Source of the DNA: Catajapyx aquilonaris
Lineage: Eukaryota
DNA length: 64,000 bases
Assembly: GCA_000934665.2 (NCBI GenBank)
Contig: KZ538054.1
Location: 1 to 64,000 of the forward strand
Direction of reading: 5' to 3'
The notes below the pieces were generated by a model that was not told where the DNA came from, made no database searches, and saw nothing but the letters and a program-made list of their open reading frames with translations. A program made the position numbers and the translations under genes. The stretch's first letter is position 1; each line of letters starts with the position of its first letter. Positions 52,279 through 64,000 of this stretch are shown here, in pieces.

Positions 52279-53728
52279 GAATGGGTGATATCCACACAGG
52301 CTTCTACAGTAGCCTATATATCAAACCTGAAACGGGAAGTAAGCGTACAGGCCTACTCTTTATATTATACACCATAAAGGCATCATATTGAAGCATTCAC
52401 TGACATGACACATAAGTCATCTCGTCCTACAGGTGTGTTAACATAATACTTGGTATTTAATACAATAATACACCACAAACTAATGGTACGTGATGCTCGT
52501 CAACTCACAAGTCAGTGTCGATATTATAGACTGCTAATAGGTGTATACTTCAACTTTGGAATGACATCATACACACTCGATTTCCCCAATTAGAGGAGTT
52601 TCCTGTATGTCGCCAACTCCAACTCACAATCCTGCCCGCAGTTTCCAAAACTTGGCGCATAATATACTCTGGAGCCTTTTTTTGGCGGGGAAATGTCCGT
52701 TAATGATACCATCTTACGCAAAATCTTAAAGACGATTTCTCCGGGTGTCTACACCGTACCTCTAGGCACCGTACCTTTGCTCCTCTGCTGCAGAGGAATC
52801 GAAACTGTTCTAATCTGTGGTTCTAATTCTCAGACTCACCGACAACAACACTGCTGATGGTTGTCATGACAACTCAGGAGGACGGAAATTGCAGGGTGCA
52901 TGCACTTACTGCACGGTACGCACAATAAGTTATGCAGCATATTCTTGGAGCGACAATATACAACAAGGCTTTGACAGGCGTGTGATCCTTGGTGTGATCA
53001 ATGTGCAACATTACTGTAATAAGGAATTACCGGGTAATCATGCTTGGATTTTTGTCATTTGATGGACGAGTTTTTTCTGTGCAGTCCTTCCTCAACTTTG
53101 CCATCCTAAGTGGTAGGGTCCTAGAGGAGAATTGGAACATGGGTCAAATCGAGGTCCAACATTACATTTTACTTGGGCTCTGGCAATCTTTGTACTTGCT
53201 CTCGTGATTGCTCTTCTTGCGAACAAAAAACAATGCAGTACACTATTATGCAGGTTTTTAAAACAAGTGTTTATTGGAAATATTCAATTAACTTTAACAC
53301 TGAAGAATGATTACGATTAGATAAGACTGGTGAATCAAAGTCGAAGTACAAACTTTAACCCAATATTTAAGACACTTTCATGCGAGATGAATGGAGTAAG
53401 AGCCAGCAAGAGTTATTTTTTCACCGAGAAAAATGACAATAATTCTTTCCTGAAATCATCAAACTTCGTGTTTTCTCCAGTTTTCTGCCGAAATAGATCC
53501 TGCCATAGGCTATACAGTACATATAGTCACTGCATGCTAAAATAACTTATTGCTAATGAAATGCAAGTTATAATATTAAGTTTTGATTTATGATAACGTT
53601 CGATCCGTATACTCTATATCACCATAACTGAAAACAATATTATGAAGTTTAAGCAAATAATAAAAATACTGGTTAAATGAGCAAAGTTGACTTCGGGTCA
53701 TATTTCGTGAATTAAATTCTGTTCAGCT

Positions 53729-56700
53729 TCAGTCTCCCAAGTAAAATTCCATGGTCATTATTCGCCCCGTAGACACAGTTTGACACCCGACATCCAGGGA
53801 ATCAGCGCTTCGAATGACACGATATGCGTAGACGCCACTTCCAGCAACAGTCGACATGTCCTGTGAGATTATTGCACTGTCCAACTCTGAAGGAACAGTC
53901 GTGTCCTCCGTTTCCGATTCAATTTGCCCGTTTGCACATCTCATTTCAGCACCCTCCATGTCGTCCAAATTGTGCAAGACCTGATGCGCAGTTTGCTGTG
54001 CAGTTACCTCCACAGTCTGCCGAAGAATGTTAATTTCTCGATCAATGTCGGATTCTGCTGGAGAGATGTGTTTGTAAGCACTGGATACGCCACTCTGACT
54101 CTCTGACACATCAGGACTACTGGCTGAATCGTGGTTTGATTCGTTGGTATCTCTCATTCTGCTAGTAATTTCCCATTTGCTGAAGGCTCCATTAACAAAT
54201 TCTCGAGAAAAGTTAGTTGCTAGATCTTCACCGTGCTGACATTCCCAGAATGCAACCAGTCCATGTTGAATCAAGAAATTAGCTAACTGTTCCTGGATAT
54301 GAATCTGCATATCTGCCCATTCTCCCGATAAAGTCTGTTCTGAAGCAGCCACGACGGGGTTTCCTGGTGGTGATGTGTGTGTTTCAACATGTGGTTGATT
54401 GCATACCGGTGACTTTTCTACCACTGTCACCACTGAGGAGTCGTCCAATGGTGTCCAATCATCCGAAATGTCTGCGATGTCATCTTTCCCTGGAGCTGAC
54501 GTGTAAGATGATCGCTTCTTTATCTCAACAGAGTGAGAAATATTACTTTCATCCTGAGAAACAATAACAAGATCGAGCGTCAATAACAACCGAGAGCATC
54601 AATATCGATGCTACACTGCATAATTATGTCAATTTTTACTTTAAAATACTTACCCCTTCCTGTTTGTTGATCTTCGTAAAATCTTCATCCAATAAAGTAT
54701 TATTACCGGTAACTTCTGAATTTTTATTGATATTTCGGGTGTCAGATACACACTGGACTGTTACGTGAGTCTCACTCACTTGTAAATCAGGTGTAGTTGT
54801 GTGGAGATTACCCAGATCGTGATGATGTTTTATCTGCGGGTAACAACCATATTTTAGAATATAGCATATACGTATACAAAAGCAGCAGGACGATTTCGTG
54901 CCAGAATGAAATGGCATACCGTACATGAGATGTTAAATCTTCTATGCAGGTGTTAAGTTTTGCAGAATCTTCATTCGAAGGTGAATTTTCTTCAGGGGTT
55001 TCAGAGAGACTCTTAGTGTCAGATGGGTCGTGGACAATCGTTGCATTCTCATTTACTTGTATAGGAGACTTTGATGGAATGAGATTGCACAGGAGATTGC
55101 GACTCCGGACCGTGAGCTTTAAAGAATTTTTAAAAGTAATGTGCATTAAATGAAAGTACAACATTTGATGATAACATGAATAGGCTGCATGGTATAAATG
55201 CCAGACACCTACCCATTCTTTGTTGATCATAGGAGCTTCGTCTCTCGCTTCGTCTAGTGATACAATTTTCCCGTCTTCTGAGGTCTCAGGAAAACATGTG
55301 GCGTTATCAGACACAGTATGGACAGCCTCTGCACCCTCCTTACTTTCCTTAGCAGCTGTAGATATGTGGAGATGGTACATGTCCTGATGACGTTTCATCT
55401 AAAGAAACAAAACATTACAATGTTTATTTTAATATAATGAAAATCAATCATTACAAGCAAGGTATACCAGAATGTCAATGTCATTCCTGGGTACGTTTCT
55501 TTTCCAGCAATATCGCTTCAGCTCTTCTGCTTTGTTTTTATTTTCCACGTTCCTCTCACTGCCTATCCATATTCTTTTGGGTTGGCCTTCCCCGACATCC
55601 ACGTACACGCTCTGGCCTGCAAAATTTAAAATATTTAAGCGTTTTATTGCTCTGAGAACCAAAACGCAAGGGTAATTTTGAGAAAAACAATAAGAACTAT
55701 CCCGCTGCTGAACCTTATGGATGTAGGCACGTGAGAATGCTTGTAAGTACCTGTATCACAATAAAAGGCAAACTCAGTTAACAATTATAATTTTTGTGTG
55801 AAAATGTACCTTCTCTTAAAATTTTGGTGAGGCATGTAATTCCCTGAAGTGGTACTGCAAATGCATACACATCAGCAGTCCTGAAGGTAATGGACCAGGT
55901 GTTGTGATGATCTTTTACGACTCCTCCACACTGATTGACCATTGTTATTTTTCCTAGTTGATTTTGAATATCCAGGACCCCCTTTTGGCCAGTTTTCTTT
56001 AGAAGCATTTCCTCCATTACGATTTCCTGCAGGTTCATATTCAGAATTCTTATTTTGTACTGCAACACACTTTACTGGGTACAAACTTTTTTTTTTAAAT
56101 ACATGAGGGCAAGCTGTTAATAAGCGTTAACAAGATAAGAGTGACACAATGAAAGCTGTCTATAGAGGAATAGCTGCATTCCGCAATATTTTCAATCTTG
56201 AAAAGTTTCCATGACATGATGTATACGAGGGCGGTACCAAAATGATTTACAATTTGTTTTTTTGCCATAGACACAACACCCATGCAGGTGGAAAACCACA
56301 CCTTTCCAGGATATTTTTAAAAGTTACTTCGAGACAAGCTTTGAGAATACATACCAGAGAATCAATCAATGAGCCTTCCATCCCCATACCATCTGCTTTT
56401 CGTTTTACCATCATTATATCCTGCTTAGATGAGATCAGAGACCTTTTAGAACCCACCCACATTTGCTTAACCATACCATCTTGGACACACATGTATACTG
56501 TCTGGCCTGAAATAGAGAGCAGGTAATATAGTATGTATATAGACATATAACGTGACATTTTTCTCTTCACTGTACCTAATGTACTGTACAGAGTGGCTCA
56601 TGAGTCGTCAAAAAAGTTGATCTCTTGCCTCTTTCGCTAATAAAATAATGCAGATTATTGGTTAAGCCTTAAGGTATCTTATGAACCATCCTGGACAGTT

Positions 56701-59449
56701 CTGGAGGCTCATGTAAAAACCATGTATCTCTGATTTGGCCATTTTGAGATATTGCACCTCAAAGTTCGTGATCTGCCATTAGTTCTTGCATAAATCATAC
56801 TTGAAAAACTTGAATAACTTTGCAGGAAAACAAGTTAGAGAGACGTGGTTTGTACCACAGTGGATAGAGCTTGAAAAGACCCGTCCAATTGTGGCCTACA
56901 AGTAAAAACCCAGTATCTTGAGTTACATGGTTTTTACATGAGGCTCCAGAGTTACACTTCTGCTAATTTTATACGTAGTAGTTGCAGCATGCAGCTTTTA
57001 CTGGAACCATCTTACACTTACCAATTCTGAGGACTTCTGATAATGATGAAGCAAGAAACTGCAGTTTTATACCAAAAATTAGGAGGTTATCCTGTGTAAA
57101 GGGAAGGCTTTTATCATGTTGTTTGACAACGACAATTCCGGATGTATCATTGATGGTCTTAATTATTCCGTCTTGACCATCGCCGTCAATAGAAAGTTGA
57201 TGGGAAGGTGTTTTTACACTGGGAATTGAAAAATTCGCTTCATGGGACGCCATTCCAATCTGAGGGAAAATTAAGTAAAGAATAACTGCATGAATTACAT
57301 TGAAACACTCCCTTGCCACATTATGTAAATTTAGAAAATATGTTGCCAAAATAATTTCGCATTAAAAATACGTAATAAGCAAGGCCCACCTTTACGATAT
57401 ATTCATATGTAAAATTAATGGAACACATAGCAACATTATTTTTTGTCTTTTGACTAGTGCACCTCCTTACCTGAATGTGGTCCACTCCGGACAACTTTAT
57501 TTATTTGTTGTTGTTTTTTATTTACCCCTACCGACCCGATTCAATAACTAAAGGAGATAAAGGGGATCGCAAAGACGCGTATGGTATTGTGCAGCGCAGG
57601 ATAATTTCCAAAATACCTTGTGCCTGCTTGTGCCACTATGCATCACGTGACAAATTCTACGAGTCTTCCCGAGCTCTTTTCGCCTTCAATTGCGTCGGTG
57701 TGTTGTCCGGCGTGGGTCCGCTTTCAGATATGAGGTGGGTGTGATATGTCATATGCCGAGAAATGAAGAATAATCTACCTACCATAAGTCTTTTGGTTTC
57801 ATTTGTCATATCATATCTCTCCTGGCAATATATTTCTATATTTCTCTTTAGATGGTTAGGATTTCTTTTGATGGATCCAAAATGAGCTTCATATTCATCA
57901 CCGTGCAGTATGATTTTCATGTATTGACCTGTTAGAAGTAACACTTATTAGTTGTAGCGAAGCAGAGCAAGACATTAGACATTATAGACATTAGTATACC
58001 GTATACAGATAAATTGATGTGACATTGCATAAAATGAAAGTCTGTAGCTGTTAATTATTCAGGGTTACTGAATACGACTGTATGATACAATGCACTGTGG
58101 AAAATGTATGTATCAAAATTTATATGCAAAAAGGTCGCTTGGGTCGAAATAATATAGGATGTTCCATTATTATCAGCCTTGAGATTAGTTTCCATGCTGT
58201 TTAAAATCCTCTTCGCATCCAAACATATTTACACGCACACGTACACTTACTCACACGCTGTGAAGTATTTACTACATAACTCTCAATCTCTCATAATAGG
58301 CTACATCAAACCTTTATCAGTAACGTACGTATACATTGTCAGTAATTTACATTTGTAATAATTACCACGAATTGGCAAAAACACTTATTCACATCCAATC
58401 ACACAGCACACACGTGTCCACACGCTGTATTTACATAACTCGCACGAACAATTATTTACTCACTGCTCTCTTGTACAGTACTGTACTGTACCGAGCGCCG
58501 TGCCGTCTTCATGCCGTCAGATAAGAGCTACTGTATCAATTTTTCTATCCCCAAATAGGAGTGGAGAATTGCCACGAGCGGGGAATTACCATCAGGAGAA
58601 TGAATGCGTAGGAGTATTTAATATACGGTCACTCCATTGGGTCACTCTATACCCTCGCTTGGTAAAAGATGTACTGTAGTACATCTCATAAAGCGCATGC
58701 CGGTATAGGTGTAGTCGAGGTCTACCAGTTTTTAGAAATGCATGATCTGGTGGCTATACCGGGATACCTGTATAAGGCGAGGTTTTCACATAAGTTACAT
58801 TACCGTATCATTTCCGAACTTTACATTTGCCTAAGAATCGAAATTCACGTAAAAACTATCGAAAAGGCACATTTACCAAATAGGGTACCCTTACCATAAT
58901 TATATTGTTTTCAATTGGAGTGTCTGGAAATAATATCTATTTAATGTTTAAACAGTATGTTGGAGCAGGGGCCAGGGGGTTCCCCTGTCAAAGCAGTCTG
59001 ACGATGGGATTAGTGACACGCTCTAGCCTGCACTTTTTATATGCACTGTACCGGCAAAACAGAACTTGCATATTCTCACAGCCTGTTGTACTGTACACTC
59101 CTCGCCCATTTTCATTGTAACATTATTTTAGTAAGGTACCAGAAGCATTCCAAAAAAAAGGGGGGGGGGGGGCAAGGATCAAAATTACGGAAATCTACCT
59201 CGGTTACTGCGGCATGGTCTGGAATAACCTTGTTAATATCTGACTAAGTTGCATTTTACCTATGATCCAATAGATAAGATTATACATACCCACAAGAAAT
59301 ATCTTCATCAGATCAATGTTTTCCATTCGCATTCCATAGAGAAAAACCAGTCGTCTTGGAAAACGCCTTGTTACCTTGCTGCCCTGTGACCTTTCCTGTG
59401 ACCTCACTTCCAATCTATCACTAAATAAACCGACAATTTCACCTCTCAT
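53729..59449 (-). CDS. Array copy F (~814 aa; 3 modules plus acidic Ser/Thr-rich linker; ends VGCQTVSTGRIMTMEFYLGD)
   Basis: Exons 59449-59290, 57928-57783, 57259-57022, 56506-56355, 56026-55810, 55616-55468, 55398-55213, 55116-54925, 54833-54654 and 54553-53729 are in frame. The linker exons are less certain. Confidence 0.72.
56700..56950. repeat. Inverted-repeat element in a copy F intron
   Basis: TCTGGAGGCTCATGTAAAAACCATGTA / TACATGGTTTTTACATGAGGCTCCAGA. Confidence 0.5.
58670..59245. mobile_element. MITE homologous to 24971-25540, in copy F intron 1
   Basis: Extended similarity to the reverse complement of ~25030-25540. Confidence 0.7.
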
Positions 59450-60564
59450 GATTGCAGCCTATCTTGAGAGTGTGTGTCAAGAGCTTGGTCAAGAGCCATA
59501 TGACATCGCTCTACACTGTCTACAGGATAGAGAACAACACTGTGTGAGACTGCGAGCTAGACAAAAGCTTTCTGATTCTGAGCGATCTTGTTGGTCATGC
59601 AATATGAAGCCACACCTCCGATAAGAGATGTAGGCTATAATAGTATATCTGTTATCGCTCCGGTCGCAAAAATAACGGCTGGGATCTACAAGTGTCAAGG
59701 GCACCTTCAGTGACTCATGCAATTTACTGTACGAGGAAATCAGGACACTCTGAAAAGTTCGACTAAGAATTTTTTTGACCGGTGGATGTGGCGCGCCTTG
59801 TTTATCAAACGAATAATGCTGACCATATATTTATTTGGTGGACCCAAGTTGCAGAATTTTGCAATTCAGGGTCATCAATGAACTCCACCGCGATTTTATA
59901 TCTGATTGTGGTGGATTTATTCATACGATCTGGGGTTCTTTTCTACATCTAGCACCATCCATGGGACCATAAATGGGGCTCAAAATTGAATATAATCTTT
60001 CAGAGAGGGAGCATGTAATTTTGTTTTCGATTGGGGCGAAAAATTCCGACTTCGGAAAAGTAGGCCTAATACAGTCTAACAACTGATGTAGGTCTACGTA
60101 CTGGAGAGTATTACGACATATTGAAGGGGACTGACTACTGCTTTATTCAGTGACACGTAGTGTACATAATAGTCACTGTCTGAGAATTCGAGGGAAAAGG
60201 TAAGAATAAATTCTAGGGTATTGTATTCATCTTATAAGGCCGTTATTTTTATCCTGTTGATGTTCACAACATGTGTATAATATGAAGGGCGCAATCACTA
60301 AGGGAGAGTAGTTGTTCGTTGCAGGCATATTTTTCCGTATTTTTATTGATAGAACATCTGCTCACTGAGGTAGCTTTCTCAAGCTACATAATTATTTCTT
60401 GCATATTACCAGCGAAAAATTAGAATGCGACATAAAATTCCTCTAGTGAACTGCCTGGTAGTAATGACAATGAATAAAACAGTTTGCATGTCATAATTAT
60501 TGTGGAATTTTTTATTAGATCAATGGAATTTGCATTCGAATGTCAAATGTTATTCAGATAAAAT

Positions 60565-63500
60565 TTATTCGCCAATGTATAAGCTGAGGTGCATGATCTG
60601 CCCAGTTGAAATAGTTTGGCAGCCCACCTCCTTGGCAATTTGATGCGTGCGACTGATTTTGCACTCGTTGGAAGCATCACAGTACTCTGCAGAAGTGCTG
60701 GAGGTCAGACTAGAAAAAGAATCATCCCTATTGCAATCAACCTGTTGTTCTTCTGGAAGAAGTACATGATCCCCATCAGCCTGGCGGAGCGCAAGCTTCT
60801 CTGCATGACACGCAGTTCTTCCAAGGCTGTCCCGGTGATGTACTTCACTTTCAAGTACGCATGGAGATGCTACACAAAGACACCTAGAAAAATGAGTCCA
60901 TAACGCCACAAAAACATCAGGAGCATAGGATGAATAATAATAATGAATGTGGATTTCAGGACATACTCATATGATTCTTGATCTGCTTCCTCCTCCTCCT
61001 CCTCATTCTCGTCTTCTTCTTGTTCATACTCCTCCACCTCTGCTACCAGTGCCAACTCCGGCATCTCTTCTCTTCTGACCACATTCCACTTCTTACTTGC
61101 AAACCGAGCCCATTCCCTCACAAACTTATCTGCCATTTGGGCTGCCAACTCGCACTGACTGAAGTTCAGCAAACCTGAGGTGATCAGAGTGTCGGTCAGC
61201 TGCAGGTGCAAGTTGCTCTTGAGGTCAGTCCAAGCTGAAGAATATTTCTCTCCAGTGGTACGTGGTGAAACTAGAACTGTAGTTTCCACCTCAGAAACAA
61301 CAGATTCGGCATTTTCCTCTTCCTCAAGTTCATCAATTGGTGCCCAGTAATCCATGGCAGCCTCGGAGATCTCTTCTGGAGTCGAAGGTGGCACTGATGT
61401 CTTTTGCGATAAGCTTTGCTCATTGTCAAAGCTCCAGTGCCTCAACTGGAATTAAGTTAAATGTGGAATTCTGTAGTCTTAAAATGAAGAATAACCAAGT
61501 CAGGGCCCATTACAAAATACCAGAGAGTGTTTTGTGTCCAAGTCCTCCACATTTTCATTGATCCAGGACACCAGGTTGGGCCTTGACTTCTTAAGAGAGC
61601 CAACCCATACCTTGTTGACTTTTCCCGCATCTGTTAGGCTAAACATGACTGCCAGACCTGGTTACAAAATTCAAAGTAAATGAGCTGCGCCGGTGAAATT
61701 GAATTTATCAATTTACCAACAGTGATGAACCGACGAAGATCTAACGACGAAAGCTGGTAACCATATATGACCATCTGGCTGCTGGCAAACGTGAAATGCA
61801 ATGAATTGCAGGTAAATATCCCCTCATGCCTGTCCACTTTTGTGATAGTAGCCTCTGCCTTAGCCAGTGGCACAGAATCTAATATGGAATGATGATCAGT
61901 TCCCTTCAGTGTGACTGCCTGTGAATCATTCAGTAGAGTTTAAGTCGTCTCAAAAACGTATTATTTCACTGAATCAAGCTTACAAGCATGTGTAATATTC
62001 CTTGCGGAACTTTCCTCTCTTGGCAGTAGCTGGAAAGGGCCGAAAAGATATCTGCTTCATCAATGCTCCTCTGCTTTCCAATCCACACACACTCGCACAC
62101 TCCAGAGGACACTTTCACATGCGTGGCTTGCCCTGTAATCATTGCAAGGCTGTACAACTCATGTAGATTGAGTTAAAGTATTACACAGTATTATTAGTGG
62201 CATTTGTGTGTTTCCATGGATTCAGCCAACCGCGGATGAAAAATATTGGCAGAAAAGAAAACCTGGCCTTTTTGACTTGACATGCCCACATCTGCCTCCA
62301 ATAACCTCTCACCTTTGCGTAATAAAAGCCGGAGATCCTCGATGCCTTTCAGTGGAATGGCAAACAGTCGGACGGTTTCAGTACTAAAACTCAGGTTCCA
62401 AGAGTAGTTTTTTCCTTTGACATATCCTCCTCTCTTCCCAACACAGAGGATGGTTGCTTCTTCATTGCTCAGATTCAAGGAAGTGTCCGGACCACGGAGG
62501 AAGTAGTATAACTTCCACATTTGTACTTCCTATATGAATGCAGCAGAATATTATTTTATCTGTACTACTATCACTACTACATATCACGTTGATTTGGTCT
62601 AATTACGCTGATATTATTGTCGAGTGTCATATCTTTGTACATTTCCAATAAAATAATAAAAATTTCTCATATTATAATCTTCACTTCTTAATAAATTATT
62701 GAAATCAGATCCTCACCAGGTAGTTCAAGGCATCTTCAGGCACTGATTGGTAGGTGGATCTCATTTCTTCAATAATCTTTCGAGAGACCACTGACCGATA
62801 GCTTCCAACCCAAACTCCAGTCAACTTTTTCTTTTCTATGCCGGCATACACCTTCAATCCTATGCAGAAAATTTCAAATTAATTGCCCTTTATTATCGAG
62901 AGATTGGTATATATACGTAATAAAAGTAGCTCCTGCCGGTACATGTATGGAGTATATTAATCATATTAATTCACAAAAACATGTCTTATATTTTATCACG
63001 TACCGCATTTAAGGAAGAGTCGCATATCAAGTGGTCCAAGTGGAATGGAGTAGATGTAGACCTGCTTGGAGGAAAAGGTCAGGGCAGATCCTCCAATGAT
63101 CTGGACAGTGCCAGTCTTCTTGCTGACAGAGGTCAGCTTACCCGTTTCTCTGCCACATTCAGCGCCATCCTTGGAGTTACCAGAAATCATTGCTGCTTTC
63201 TTTTCCAACAACAAAGACACTGCGGCTGTAATACAGTTTGGGCTCGAGTTTTCTATACGTTCAGGCACACTGAAGAGGCTGGAACGTTCTTTCTGGAGAA
63301 ATAAAGTCAAGTGTAGGCGTGAATAAGTGATCTTTATATTAGCTGGTCATTGAGGCATTTACTCATGCTAATATTGTATGCAGCGAATATGAAATACTGC
63401 AAGTTGTCTATGTGCATAGGAGAAAAGTGTGATTATATTATACGCCTTTATCCAGTAGTAACTTACCAGAGCGTCCATGACGTGGTCCTTCGCATCATAT

Positions 63501-63936
63501 TTTTCAGCATATGCGCTGAGCCTCTTTTCAACCTTGCTTCCTCTACAATTTCCTAGATGAATTTCAATGGACCCACCCTTCATCTCTTTCACCTTTACCT
63601 GCTGACCTGGACGAAAACAGCTATTTCCATGATCCATTTTTATATTGCCAATTGGTGCATTATTCATGTTGTCATACCTATTCTGAACACCTCCTCCAGC
63701 ATTAATCCTACCAAAGGGATTCCAAAAAGGAAGGCCATGAAGCAGTCATTGGATGTTAAATCCTTGATACTCTGATTCGGGTACTCCAAAGTGATGCCGC
63801 CATCTCTCATATCCTTTATAACCACCCCGATCTCAGAGCTCCTGATGGCCAACTGACTTACGGAGGTAGTGGGTGTGGAAGTGCACTTGTGGCACTGATC
63901 TTCTGTGGTTTTAACTCTCTTTGCAGCTTTTGTCAT
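60565..63936 (-). CDS. Array copy G (4 visible modules; ends KEVGCQTISTGQIMHLSLYIGE); 5' end may lie beyond the window
   Basis: Exons 63936-63678, 63606-63467, 63292-63004, 62859-62717, 62529-62313, 62132-61984, 61918-61717, 61657-61521, 61445-60967 and 60883-60565 are all in frame. Confidence 0.78.
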
Positions 63937-64000
63937 CTGGGAAAAAGAAAACGGTTGCATTTGATTATACTTGTATTCCTCTGAATGTAATATTCATTGC

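Overview
Intron-rich eukaryotic DNA, probably invertebrate/arthropod-like (inferred from the short GT-AG introns and the TE content; the organism cannot be fixed from sequence). Exon boundaries were read by eye and checked for frame. The left 10 kb holds four conserved housekeeping genes: FOXRED1, GMPPA and CINP on the minus strand, and GFOD1/2 on the plus strand. From ~12.4 kb to the end is a minus-strand tandem array of seven copies (A-G) of a gene family I do not recognise. Each copy is built from 3-4 repeats of a two-exon, ~100-130 aa module with a beta-rich, OB-fold-like pattern plus a helix, followed by a conserved 'WAP' terminal exon. The C-terminal tails differ between copies: a CaaX-like end, tail-anchor TM helices, or a QTxSTG motif with candidate LC8-binding sites. 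Copies C and B may splice into one 7-repeat protein, and copy E is a pseudogene. A GT92 glycosyltransferase gene sits inside the array. Also present: many MITEs (some nested), tRNA-derived SINEs, an in-frame-deleted mariner, an XPG-type (Academ-like) transposon remnant and a foldback region with perfect palindromes.
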